NCBI GenBank assembly: GCA_040954595.2 | Contig: CM082596.2 | Span: forward strand, 2,842,656 to 2,906,655 | Direction: 5' to 3' | Source of the DNA: Balanoglossus misakiensis | Lineage: Eukaryota > Animalia > Hemichordata | DNA length: 64,000 nt | Shown: in pieces, positions 1 to 12,840 of the stretch | Numbering within the stretch: position 1 is the stretch's first letter | Layout: every line of letters starts with the position of its first letter | The notes under the pieces: generated by a model | The model's database searches: none | Seen by the model: only the letters and a program-made list of their open reading frames with translations | What the model was told of the DNA's origin: nothing | Made by a program: the position numbers and the translations under genes

Positions 1-536
1 ATGGGTGTGAAATTTATTTAACCTTAGAAATGTCAGTCTAAAATCGCTTCATTGTTTATTTTATGAACAATGTTAGATATACGTGCACATGTGATAAAAA
101 TGGCACGGGCAGGTATAGCAGAAGTTGACCTGGTAATCAAAGTGTTTTTATGATCTTACCAGGAACTTAATAAATAGACCAATTTCCGTAAACCCCTCCC
201 CATTTCCCTTTCCCCTCTCTCTGATTTTATCACCGAGGGCTGTCATCTTTTTTCTCGCCATTACATGACAAACACATCGATTATTTACGTGCAAATTTCA
301 CTGAATACGGTACGTGCGTCACTGGATGCATGTTTTCTGTAATAAGCTGAGCTCAGCGTGGGTGTAAACGTGATCGTGACGTGTTCTGATGGAGCAATAT
401 AAACGTGAAATCGTGTTGTACAGGTTATGCCCCGTTCTTAAAGACTAATTCCCACGTTGTCACCTTGACCTAGTAGTATAGAATTTTTTAATCAGTGACA
501 ATTACTGTGCCAAATTTGACGGAACTTGCAACACGT

Positions 537-702
<166 letters not shown>

Positions 703-1887
703 TTTCTAATTTAATCAAGTTCTCACACGGGGGTGTAGTTCATACGCTCTCTCACAATCCCAACAACCCCCACCCCCGCCTACCCACAATATTGTCCTCA
801 GCATTTCAGCCTAGCAAAACAACACCTCGCTGGTTTCATGTGCCAGACGTCTTGCTTTTTAACCCGTCGAGGGCGCATCAGTGTTCAATATGTAAAGAGC
901 CTCGTAGCTAGGACGTGGGCTGTGTGACTGAGTCTCAGCATACTTTCTAGATCATAAGCGGATTAGTTACTTTTCTTAAGCTTACGTCTCAGGTGAGAAA
1001 TAATATATTATAAATAAGCGAATAAACAAGGTTTCTGGTTAAAGTATTCCACCGTAGATAACCTTTAAACCTTCCACCCTCATTTCCCTGCATTAAAGAG
1101 GTATAACCTTACCATTAATGGATTTCGACCAGACCATGGTGCCCACGCCCCATAGAATCACTTGCAGGAAAATGCTATTACGCTAACCACCAAGGAAACA
1201 TCAATTTTGTCAAAACGCTTTCTGAATTTCAAACGCGAAAACATCGAGTTTCTAGCCGCATTTGTATCCTGGTGTTGGTTATTTTAGCACGATATTATCC
1301 TAAAGGCTAAACGTAAATCGAGATTTATTGAACACAAATCAACACTATCTTTGAAAGGAAGCGGAAACATCTATTCACAGTTATAAAGTCGATTCTCTAT
1401 CCCTTACGTATCGATTTCCACTGGATATTTTCCCCCATGAAATAGATTTTTCATATGTCAGAGATTTTTAATATGTCAGTGACAGTGTAATTTGTAACCG
1501 ATATTTTCCCTGGAAAAACACACCGCGAGATTGTCAGTGTGTTTATGCAAAAGTCAAAGCTTTTTATAAGGTTGTAATGATAAAAATTTGACAGAAAACA
1601 CCTCTCTCTCTCATATCGGTGTGCACCGGATGTGACGTCAATGTATATGATTGGGGTTTTATGATAAACCGAATGCTTTGGGGGAAACGTTAATATACTA
1701 GATTAAAACCATGTAGGCCTAAGTAGGAAACGATTTCAGTAATGATATACACAAGTACATGTACACACTGTACTCATTATTCTGGGCCGTGGCCATGGCC
1801 ACGGTTACTAGTGTTGAAAACAAAAGTATTCACTAAACCGTCGTAGATAGCGCCATTAACTGCGCGCTGGTTAGTGCGCAGCATAGT

Positions 1888-1909
1888 GTTGCTAGGTGAT
1901 CGCCATTTT
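1888..1909 (+). promoter_or_regulatory. RFX X-box-like motif (GTTGCTAGGTGAT) followed by a YY1-like CGCCATTTT in the ODAD4 promoter/5'UTR
   Basis: Motifs read about 100-120 nt upstream of the ATG at 2008. RFX control of motile-cilia genes is established; function of this site is inferred. Confidence 0.55.
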
Positions 1910-2007
1910 GTTGCTGTGTTGACATCGATCGCAGCAGCGGATAATCACTTAGTTAGTGACAAATCAATATTGCCTTTATTTTGTTGTAAAACTTGAATTT
2001 CATCAAA

Positions 2008-5000
2008 ATGTATGACGACGAAGATGGCTCGGAGGATCAGCCGAGAAGTTCTTTTTCCATCTATGTCGCAGAAGGTGATGTTTTATACAAACAAGGCGAA
2101 TATAAGAAGGCCCAGGAAAGTTACAATACGGTAAGCTTTGCAGTTTTAGTTCATCACATCAACATTTGGCAATAAGTTGCATTGAGAGAAAGTTTTGTCC
2201 ACCTGCAAGTAATTTGTCAGCAGTTGTAGCATAGTTTATCAAAGAAAGTTTCCATCACTTATCATTAGTTTATACGAAGTCAACAAAACTTATTTTGTGA
2301 GGAGCTGTGATTGGTGCACATGTTAAGAGGATTTTACGGTCAAAGGGTCTGTTAATTTCCTTTCATGCTCCCCAAAGACCAACTTTCAAATCGATGAGAC
2401 CATTAAACCATTGTTATGCGCAGAGGAAATTGTAATAATCGATCTGCATGAATATTTTATGAATGATACGGTCCAGTCTTCGTTGCTTAGCGCTGTCAAA
2501 AGAAAACACGTCCGCCATATTGGGTTCATCATAACATTAGCTAAGCTAGTCCAGCGCCCTTCGGTACACAACAAACGCGTTCTCTTGGAAACTTCGAAAA
2601 ATGACGGGCTATATCGATGAAGGGTACGAGCAAATGCCAAGGGAGGAGCTCGAGAAGCTCTTCCAGTCGTACCTTGGCGAAGCCGAAAACCATACGCGGA
2701 AGAAAGATTATCAAAGGGCATTGGAAGGCTATGAGTTGGTAATGACAAGTCTTATATTGAATCAAAGTCAGTAGAAAGTCTCCTTCTACTGTCTATGTCC
2801 TTTATGCCACATACATGAACACACATTCTCCTGTATGTACACATGATACATATTGGACAATGTTCAACCATGTCAGTGACATCGCTAAATGTATTAATTT
2901 TCTTCCTTTTGCTCAAAACACAGGCACTAGAAATCGAACCAACCGACAAGGGATGTCTCGTGGCCAGGTCAAAGTGTTACCTCCAGCTTGGAGATTCACA
3001 GGCAGCTCTCAGAGATGCAGAAGCTGCACTCTCGGAGGACAAAGAGTTCATCAAGGGTTTATACCAGAAAGCAGAGGCCCTCTATCAAATGGGTGACTTT
3101 GAAATGGCCTTAGTGTTTTACCACAGAGGACACAAACTCAGAACAGAGCTTGATGAGTTCAGGCTGGGTATACAGAAAGCACAAGAAGCAATTGACAATT
3201 CAGTTGGAAGTAAGTAATTTACCGTCAGTGTTCTGTGATTCACAGTGTGACTTATGCAAAGTAAAACCCAATCCTTGTTTACGATAAGTGTCAGTTTATG
3301 TGATCTGCAACCATCATTAGCCGCTGCTATCAAATTTGTTGTCTGTACTAGATGAGACATGATTATGATTGATATCAAATGAATGTGAATGAATAGAGAG
3401 TACACGTGTTTATGATTTTGTACAGAGCATCCTGTATAGTCCTTTAATGATAATATTGTCTTTCTGATTTTACAGGTCCATCCAAAGTAAAATTAGAAAA
3501 CAAAGGAGATTTGTCATTTTTCTACAAGCAAGATGAAGTAAGTTAACCTTTTATTTGAGGAATTCTTAGTCTAGCAGCTACTACAGAAATTTGCTCATTT
3601 TAACCTGCAAGGGATGTTGGTGTTGTATGGGGGAAGCTTCTATATTGAAAAATGTGACTTTTTCTGAATATAAAACCCAATTCAGTTTTGGTGATATCGA
3701 CAAATAACACACGTCTCATTGCGGTTGGAACAGAGCAAGTAATGTAAGAGCTGCTATGACATAATTTCATCCTGCATGGCAATTGTCAAACCTTACAATT
3801 TGAAGACTTTCCCCCAATCAGATTGTGAATGCTATGGCTGTGAGAAGCAGTGGTTGCTAACACTGTTGCTTGAATCCCAGTAGAAGAAACACTTAACTCC
3901 CAGTTAAAGGGAATAACCAGAAATATTTCAATGGCCTAGTGGTGCAGGTGTTTGATAATCATGATTATGCATGATTCAACAAACAAATGTCATCTTGTTT
4001 GAAACCGTTTTGTCATAAAAAAACACTGACTGAATTTCGCAACACAGAACCTACCCCAGCGCTTACATATGCCCCTCCCCTTCCCAGCTAAACTCAAGAA
4101 CTACTTTGAGTAATTAGACAAATATCACCAGCATGGTTCATCATTCCTCTACCCTTGTCTGAGGTGCAGTTTGGAGAATTAGAACTTAACGCATGGTTTG
4201 TGACCTCACAAGCACGAAGCACAGAGGTCAGGTGTTAAAGGACTTAATCTTAACTTCCCATAATGTATGGAATATAATTTGAGTTGCTAAAGTAAAAATA
4301 AAAGAAATTAAGAGGCAAAAAAAATTCTCAGAAAGTTGTGAAGACTGAGGAGGAGGAGGCAGAGGAACAACAGCAACAGCAGCAGCAACACCATCGCAAG
4401 ACTCCGTCGCAGCAAAAACAACACCCACCAATCAAACTTACGAGGCCCGGGTTGAGGGTAAGACTACGGAGTTCCCCCTGATTCTGATGCATGGTTTGGT
4501 TGATCACGTTTGTGCATGGACTCGCAAAGAGAATTTATCCCACAAGATTTCCGTTCTGGTTGATTTACAACCCTGTTCTGTGCCCATGAAACCCTTCTGG
4601 GCCCTCCAGTGATGCACGGTTTTGGTATATCATACCCAGTGGTGGAAAGGGTGCCCAATGCTCCATCCTTCCACGTGTGGTTCCCTGTTTATCGGTGTGT
4701 TCAACCAAGGAACAACGGGTCAAACCATTGGTTAATGATCGGGTAAAAATCCCACCCCATGACCCTGTTTGTTCTATCATGGTTGGCCACGTCTTGTTCC
4801 CATGTCTGGGTTTGGACGTCCACTCTATCGAAGGAGTAACCCTTACCCAACTCAGTTAATTCAAACCCAGTTTGTACCCATGTCTTGGTGTGATTGCCCA
4901 GGTTTGGTGCATGGTTTGAGTACCACACCTTTTTTTGTGAATCACAGAGGACAATCAGCAGGCCTCTGTTTCACCTGGTGTGAACCCTTTTTAGTCTTAA

Positions 5001-7894
5001 GGGTGGGTGACAAGTAAACCCAACTGCATAAAGTAGTATCAATATCTGTTCCGGCTTGCATGCTCTTTCCAAGGAAGTCTTTACCAGATGGAAATTGGTG
5101 CAAATGCTTATTGTGTAACAAAGGTTTTCTCTTTCAGGTATAAGGTACAATCTTTGAGATAGCTGACATTACCATAAGCGTTCACAGTTCCTGGAGCATA
5201 TTCACCAGGAATCTCAAAACACAGCCCCAGAGCTGTAAATTATGCAAACAACATTTCACTGTTATCACAGTATTTTGCAAGTGGCTCTGCTAAACAAAAT
5301 TAAAGTGATTGCCTGACAACTGAGTTGCCTGAAACTTTAAAAATGTGATATGTTATTAAACAATTCCCTTTTCCGAAAATATTCCCTACAGAAACAACAA
5401 AAAGGCAAAGCCAGGCCTGGGTACACCAAACCAGCTGCCAAGCAAGAAGACAAAAATAAACAGAGAGACAGGCGAAAGCAGCAACAGTCAGAAAAACAAC
5501 AGAAGACAAACAAACAACTTCTAGGGGAACTCTACGCAGATAAGGAATACTTAGAGCGTCTACTCAATGACAATGGTAAGTCAGAATTGAAGTAGTTTAT
5601 TTAGTTTTGTCTTGCATACTATAGACTGGCTTAGACAGGGTTCACTGTATGTTGACTACTATCCTGATGCAAACAATCATTGATTTTTTGTCCAACTGTG
5701 TTTTCTCTTTCACCAGACTTGACTAACCAAGACACAGAAAGTGGCAAGGCCATTTTCGATCTTGTGACCGACGGCTTGAACTACCTGGACACGAGGACAG
5801 AGTTCTGGAGGCAACAGAAACCCATGTACGCCAGAAAGAGAGACAAACAAGAAGCAAAGGGCAAAGGGAAGGACAAAAAGAAACCGGCAGATCCGGCAAA
5901 ATATGTCCTCAGTAAGCTGGAGGAAATAGATGAAGGTGAGTGTTTGGTTTGGATACTGGTCAATGCTGAAAACCACAGCTGCAGGCAGCAAACTTCTTTG
6001 TATGTGTCTGTATATTGTAAAGATGAAACTGAGTGACTCACATTTTCATTGTAACTGTTTCTTCATCCAGCCCTTGCTGAAGGAAGGCCAGAAGACGCTT
6101 TGAAATTATCCAAACAGACAATGCACACTGTTGAGGGTCTCAGTGATGAGGACTTGTCAGAGAGTGGCAAACCTGAAATTATGGGTAATCTGCATAGCTG
6201 CATGGGTAATGCCTATCTGGATATGAATAAACCAGACCAGGCGCTAGAACACCACAAGAAAGACTTGGAAATTGCCGAAAAACAGTGAGTAATTAATCAT
6301 TATTGTTTATAATAATAATTCTGATCATGAATAGTCACGTCAACTTGCTAAGAGGTTCTTGATATAATTGCTCACTCTGACACTATGACAGATTCTGGAT
6401 AGATTACACATACTTCTACATTAACGCAAACCCTATCTTCTTTCTCATCAGCGATTTGGACGAAGCCAGGTCCCGTGCACTGGACAACCTGGGGCGTGTA
6501 TACGCCAGGGTGGGCAAATTCCAGGACGCCATCAACTGCTGGGAGAAGAAACTGCCACTCAGCAAATCATCGCCGCTTGAAAGCACCTGGTTGTACCATG
6601 AGATCGGACGTTGCTATCTGGAGTTGGGAAAACATGATGAGGCACACTCTTACGGCGAGAAGAGCATGGCCGCTGCCCAGGAGGCAGATGATGCTGTGTG
6701 GCAGTTGAATGCTAGTGTCCTTATTGCCCAATCAGAAGGTAGGTGAAAGGTCATTATTTGGCCAATCAGCACCTTGTGCTCCTTTGATCTGTTATTCTCT
6801 TTGTAAGAAGAGCTGAATTGTTGTAATTGCCGAAGATTTATTTTTTACTAAAAGATTTCTTTGATTTTTGTTTCTGCACAGTGAAACTTGGTGATCTGCA
6901 GGCTGCGATTGATTCCTTTGAGCGATCACTTGAGATGGCCAAATTGCAAGGGGATGAGTCAGCGGAACAGGCCATCACCAAGGCGATAGAAGATGTCAAT
7001 GATAAGATCGTAAAAGGGATTAAAGAAGGTGATGATGAGGAGAAAAAAGAAGTTGATGAAACCGAGGAGGAACATAAAGGTGGCTAAAAAATCATGGGAA
7101 AGAAACTATTCAAAATGTGCTGTCGCTCATAAAGTCGTCCAGTTGTTGAATCAGTACTAATACAAGCACTTTTTGCAGTGGCTAATAATACCTTTGTGCA
7201 CAAAGCACTTGGCTCTAGTGCATTCCCTGTGTGGCTTCTCTGTGTGTTTTTCAGCAGTCGATTGCATTAAAAACAATCCTGCATTGGATAACCCAACGTT
7301 CTAACTTTGGCCTTCCACCAAGAGTTTTCATACTTCAGCCTATCACTCATGGCCCTCTCTTTCTTGATTTGCAAAAACATTTGCTGTGCTGTGCCTCTAC
7401 CCACTTTCCTGCAATATTCACAGCAAGGCGAATTTCTGAGCGACAGTTATTTTGAATAGTTACGATACTCCAGTATCGGGGGAATTAACCACAGCCATAA
7501 ACGTTCCATTTCTGTCTCGTCCATCTGTTGTGGTTTGATTTTTATTCAGTGTTTTCTCGCGGTTTGCTGTTTTCATTGAAGGTATACTGTCATCTCTAAT
7601 GTGCATATGACTCTGTGGTCAAAAAGGCTTGTCGGATGTATACAGCGGAATAGCAGCACTTTGAGACTTTCTGTTATGTGTGCATTTGTGACTGACTTCC
7701 GAGTTTTATGTTCTGTCTCAAAAGGTGATGAAGAGGCCGAAAAGGGAGATGAAGAAAAACCAGTGGACGGCGACTGGTCAAATCTGGCCAAAGAGAAAGC
7801 AGATGAGAGCGAGGGGGAAGAGAAGGCTGAAGAGAAGGACGAGGAGGGCAAGGATTGGACAGCGGTTGCCGAGGGAAACAAAGATGATGAATGA
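2008..7894 (+). CDS. ODAD4: Outer dynein arm docking complex subunit 4 (TTC25), TPR protein, about 580 aa
   Basis: Exons 2008-2130, 2924-3209, 3476-3537, 5392-5575, 5717-5935, 6071-6284, 6452-6738, 6882-7079, 7725-7894. All introns are GT-AG, phases are compatible, total 1743 nt. TTC25-typical peptides: KAEALYQMGDFEMALVFYHRG, FRLGIQKAQEAIDNSVGSP, KLENKGDLSFF, LLGELYADKEYLE, YLDTRTEFWRQQKPMYAR, SRALDNLGRVYARVGKF. The last exon is the least certain. Confidence 0.93.
2601..2738 (+). CDS. ODAD4: Putative alternative first coding exon (1b) of ODAD4
   Basis: ATG...TTG|GTAATG, 46 codons, phase 0 like exon 1a. Encodes MTGYIDEGYEQMPREELEKLFQSYLGEAENHTRKKDYQRALEGYEL, which aligns without gaps to the TPR half in exon 1a. 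Confidence 0.7.
4332..4457 (+). CDS. Putative in-frame cassette exon of ODAD4 (E/Q-rich, 42 aa)
   Basis: TTCTCAG|AAA...AGG|GTAAGA, 126 nt, phase 0-0, no stop codon, inside a phase-0 intron. Encodes KVVKTEEEEAEEQQQQQQQHHRKTPSQQKQHPPIKLTRPGLR. The polypyrimidine tract is weak. Confidence 0.5.
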
Positions 7895-9495
7895 TTAGTT
7901 TGATTTATTTTCAAGAATAAAATAAACTCTCATTTTTGTAAATTCTGTTATCAGTGCATTACTTTAGCCTGAAAGCATATTTATGAGGAACTTGCTTTTT
8001 GAGAACTTGTCCTGAATTGCCATGTTTTCTCTATGCAGTCGACTTTGGACTCTATTACTCTATTTGTGGGGGTGTTTCAGTATTGCAGCTGGGACTTGTA
8101 TGCTTCAGACTTTGCAGCCATTTGGCTCGTACCATCATAGCTTGCAGGAGTGTCCATAACAAACACAGCTCAGACACAGAATCCGATTCAGATTCCTTTA
8201 TTGTTCCGCATCACACAATTCATAGATAGATCCACTCTGTACATATTGCACGTTTGTAATTCAGTGACAATATTTTAATGACCTATTTTGGAATGTCCAA
8301 TATTAGTAGGTAAATAAGTAGTTTGGCTTCCGATTGTTAATAAACTAGAATCACGCCTTGTGTTAATGTAAGTATTAGTGTGTGTAATCACAATAAAAAT
8401 GTTTGTATTGTACATTGAAATGATTACTGTCGTTGATCAACTACACAAATGCAAACACTCCAATAAAAAGAAAATATTAGAATTCTGAGAACATCGAGGG
8501 ATCAGTAAATGACGTTGAAATTTCCATGATTCCTGTGCAGTCTGATAAAATGTTTAATGTTTGCTAATATAATGTGAAAATAAATTATTTCCTGATTGAA
8601 GGAAGTATTCACCAGTACATTTGAAAGATCTGCTGTCATTGGTCAAGATTAGTTTTGCTGATTGTAAATGTAATGAACACAGTGGCAAATAATGCACCTG
8701 ATGCAGATTTTTACACTACCTTACACAATCTCTACTGTTTTTGCACAGAAAATGCAGCAATGGCCACCAGAGAGTGTACTTCATCTCAGCTAATGCAAGC
8801 AGAAATTTGAAATCAGCAAACATAACGACCAGTGGAATGTGAGGATATTGTAAATACAAGATAACACAGGATTGATCAGAAGTGACAGGTTGATTACGTC
8901 ATGAAGCCAGGTGTAGGTAAGCGTGTTTGTACTCTTATGACCAGCCTTGTACAGGTGCATTACACTGATCCCTTCACCCCCACCAGCAATGTCGCAAAAT
9001 AGTTTTTGTTCCCCCAATACTGAAGTGGCCTCATTCTTACTTGTCAATGAATACAGTTTGTAATGTTGCATAGTATTCATACAATCATATATATGTAATA
9101 TATTTAAATACTATCTATATACTGTACTATTTAAATATCGTGTATCACTCAACTCTTACCCTGGTGTACCTTTACATTTTAAAACCGAGTCTACTATCCA
9201 TGCATTGCGGTGCATTGGTTTACCCTCTCATCCCTGTTCCCCATGCATGAGCCCATCCAAATCACTGAAAGCACAGTTTGACTAAACCTGTGGGTCAGAT
9301 GGTTATTACTGATCGCTGCACTTTGGTGTTGATGCAAGCCAATGAAATATCTTGTGGTTTGAAGGTTGCGATGCACACTGAAACCGTTTCATCATCCATT
9401 GTGTTGGGTCGTTGCAATTGAAGATGGTTGGTTCAGGCAACGTATTGTTGGCAAGTTTTATGGTAGTTGAAATTGGCTGAACTCCATAGTGCTGA

Positions 9496-12441
9496 CTATC
9501 TCCATAGCAGAAACAGCTTTTCAAATTCCTGTGGAATGATAACCATGAAACTTGTAAATATCGCAACGCACATCTGTTTGTTGGTACACTGATCAAACCC
9601 ATATGAATCTCATATCTAACAAAGTTCTTGTTCCTGTCCACACTCACCTGTTCTGTACGTTCAGTCCCTGAACTAATTTTAAATTTGAAAGTGACTTTCA
9701 GGTGTCTCCGCCATTCCTGGTTGCGTTTGATGATCATGTGCCCGGTTATGACATCACCGTGACGTACGTCAACTGGTTTGTCCATCATGAATAGGTCTTG
9801 TTTCCAGTGAGTCAATCTAGTGGTAAAAATCATATCAGATCAAAGATCAAGTAAACACAATCTAATCAAATCAATACAGTAAAAGCAGTGGTTTCTTTCA
9901 CTCATCAAATTGAAGGAAATCATATACATGTACCTATTGTATGGTCCAGTATCCAAGACAATGGGGGGTTTATTGGATTTCTTAACACCAAACTCAACAC
10001 TGAACCATGAACCAAATCCATGGAAAGTACCATCTTTGTTGATTTCAAATGAAAACTCCCGGTAAAGTTCCTACAACAGGCAGACAAAATAAAAGGACAT
10101 GTTATTAAATGACATGATAAATGCATTGAGTTAAAACCACAAGCAGTACTTATGTTAAGGGTGGTGCCTTGGTAAAATTTACTGGGATAAATGTTACATA
10201 AACCAGAGAAAATGTACAAGGCAAAAAGTAACACAACCCTGCTACCTACTTCTAATTCTTCAATGCCAAAAGATTTCATGTTCAACTCCAGAACCATGCC
10301 AGGATCTGCCAAGAAATCTTCCATCTTTAATTCATGATTGAAAACTGGTCTGGAGAAGAACTCCTGCAGTGCAAATTGCCTGAAACGCAAACAGACGTTC
10401 ATTTGGAAATCAACACAACATGTAGACAGAAAAAATAAGTTTGAATGACAGATGATTTTCTTTTCTTGGCAAGGAAACCAATATAAAAAATGAATACATG
10501 ACATCTCACACAGACTAAGCAAACTTACTTGAGGTAAGAAAAATCAAACCCATAAACATTATTCCAGAACGACTCTTTTGAGTATTCCTGAGCAGCGCTA
10601 CACGGCACAAGATGAAGAAAAGCGTCCGATGGTAACATTACTCCTGTATCCTTTAGCCACCTATTCCTAGCCCCAAGCACTGATTCTATCATCAACTCAA
10701 ACTGCAAATGAATCATTAAAGAAGTGACTGACTAAAAATGGGGAAAAATGACTGGCTGTAATAATCAAAACTTGCTAAATAAAATGAAAGCAGCGAAAAA
10801 AATTGTACATACAAGAGTTTCATGCTTCCAAAAATCTAACCTTTAGTAATACTCAAACACAAAGTACGTCTTTGTCTTTGACCAGCTGTAACACATAAGA
10901 AAGGAAGCAAAAAGTGATATTTCCCCCCACTTACCAGTAATAATGTTCCCATCCATTCCGAGATGATAATATCTACTTTCTCTGGAAGGCTGACATCTTC
11001 CATCTTGCCCTTGATGATGACGACTTTGTCACTGTAACCGTTCCGCTCGACAAGTTTCTCTGTGTGGTCTGCGATATCGCTTGCTTCAACAGCGTACACC
11101 TACAGAAAGAGGGGAAGAAATTGCGTTAATGGGGAGTACATGTACAGCAACTGTGTTGATTGCTCTGTTGAGTACTCGGTTGACAAAAGTTTATCAGAGC
11201 AATTATTTGCAACTTTACCTTTTTGGCATGGCCATACTTGGCAGAGAAGAGACTAAGTATGCCTGTCCCACAGCCTATATCCAATACAACCTGTAAGAAC
11301 AAATAGTAATATAGAAAGAGAATGTTGTATCAAGTGAGGGATTAGTTTTTCACAGTGCTGGCTTGAAGCACAAACAGATGTATGATAAGATATAAATTAC
11401 AGGTCTCAAGAACTCACCTTGTCTTTGATGAAGTCTGCATTCTGTTTGATAGCTTCTTTGTAAGCATTTGTTCTGACTTCATCACTTAGCATCTCAAGAT
11501 GCAGTTTCTGTGAAAAAAGTAAAGAGAAAGTGAATGATACAGTATTTATCTTATAAGACCAACAGAAAACATGGTCTTTTGCAACAGTTTGGTTAAACAG
11601 GCTTTGTTTGTCGTAAAGTATTAACACTGTATTACTGGATCCAAGTTCTTACTTTAAAAAAACTTTGAAAGTCTGTAACTAGTGTCAAACTTACCAAATT
11701 TGCATAACTCTCAAAGTACTCTTGGTCTTGCCACCTGTCAGCCTCCCATTCTACTTTGCTCTTACATGTAATGTGATTGGCTGGAATATACCCACGTTGA
11801 CCATTTTTTGATGCCCACCACCAATCATCATTTGGTTTACTAATCACCTGGATCTCATCCCCTTTTGCAAAGCTCAGCTGCATGAGAAGTGATGAGGGTG
11901 AAAGGTTATAAATTTATCAATGTCGATTTCATCATATGTTGATAACATCATTAGATTTGTCACTGTATCATATCAACCTTTATTTGAGAATCGGGAAAGT
12001 TAAAACCGAATAAAAACCAAAATATACTGAAATGAGATGACGTCATGCGATAATAGATGCATGTCCTCCTACCCATCACACGTCACACATGCGTTGCGTG
12101 CGGTGAATTTGGGGAGAACAGGTCAGTAACGCGCGTGATGAAGAGACAGAGTACTGCCGTGAGTATAGACGCACCTGATTATTGTCTGCAGCATCGAAGT
12201 GACAAAAGGCAACCACTGTTTCGAAAGTGTTGTCGTTGATGGAATCATTAGTGTCACTGCTACAGATTGAATCTGATTCCGAGAGCGGTGGTTCAACGTC
12301 AGGATTCTGTTGGGTGGTTCGTTCCCGGTTTTCCACCACGGTTAGTTCTTTGAAATTGTTCTTCAACGAAATGCTCACATCGCGGTGGCTAGCGTACGAT
12401 TCTTCTAGGATGTTGGGTGATTCACCAAACGTGCTATTCAT
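9496..12441 (-). CDS. PRMT2: Protein arginine N-methyltransferase 2 (SH3 plus type I PRMT domain), about 472 aa
   Basis: Minus-strand exons 12441-12175, 11877-11695, 11507-11418, 11290-11219, 11099-10935, 10701-10529, 10379-10250, 10070-9934, 9816-9648, 9528-9496. Motifs: SH3 ([21 protein letters not shown]), [13 protein letters not shown], motif [19 protein letters not shown], double-E loop [14 protein letters not shown] loop, C-terminal EKLFLLWR*. The start codon is the first in-frame ATG and is less certain. Confidence 0.93.
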
Positions 12442-12559
12442 CTGGGATTTTTTTTCTTGATAACATATACTGAAGTCCAATTCCCAGTGCTTCTTCTGCT
12501 GCCCCGCCCACTAACGGTAACCTTGACACTCGAGTCGAAACTTGTTTCAGTGTTCCGCC

Positions 12560-12840
12560 ATTTTGTTTTGAAATAAGTTTGTTTATTATTTCATTTCTCT
12601 GTGACGCATCCATCTTCGCCTCGTTCGCGTGTCAGTCTTAAATAGCGCTAAATTTAGAGTGAATTCGAGAATAATTTTTGCGACACTGCAACTAGTCAGC
12701 TGATCTTTTTAGACCATCCCCCAAAATACATCAAGGGAGAACGAGTTGCCAAGAAAAACACAAGAAATTGCGGGCAAATGTGATGGTGGCGCTGTTGCCT
12801 TGAGATGTTGTAGCAACTCCACGACGAAGGCACCAAGGTG
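12560..12840. promoter_or_regulatory. Probable bidirectional promoter region between PRMT2 and CNP, with a likely non-coding first exon of CNP (donor AAG|GTGAGT at 12838, acceptor TTCAG| at 13011)
   Basis: The divergent start codons are only about 750 nt apart. The region is CpG-rich, with a YY1-like CCGCCATTTTG around 12555-12565 and consensus splice sites. Confidence 0.5.

Noticed and set aside
1185-1250. Weak similarity to the reverse complement of about 39440-39510 (GAAACATCAA-T-TGT...CTTTC...TTCAAAC)
   Set aside because: Too short and diverged to call a repeat family without alignment.
4460-5020. Segment rich in AACCC/GGGTT motifs with several overlapping ORFs; possibly a decayed DNA transposon
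   Set aside because: No matching pair of TIRs or TSD could be defined, and the ORFs have no recognisable domain.
9306-9647. Long read-through of the PRMT2 penultimate-exon ORF (175 aa in the track)
   Set aside because: A consensus donor at 9647 and a terminal exon [10 protein letters not shown] matching the PRMT2 C-terminus explain it better.
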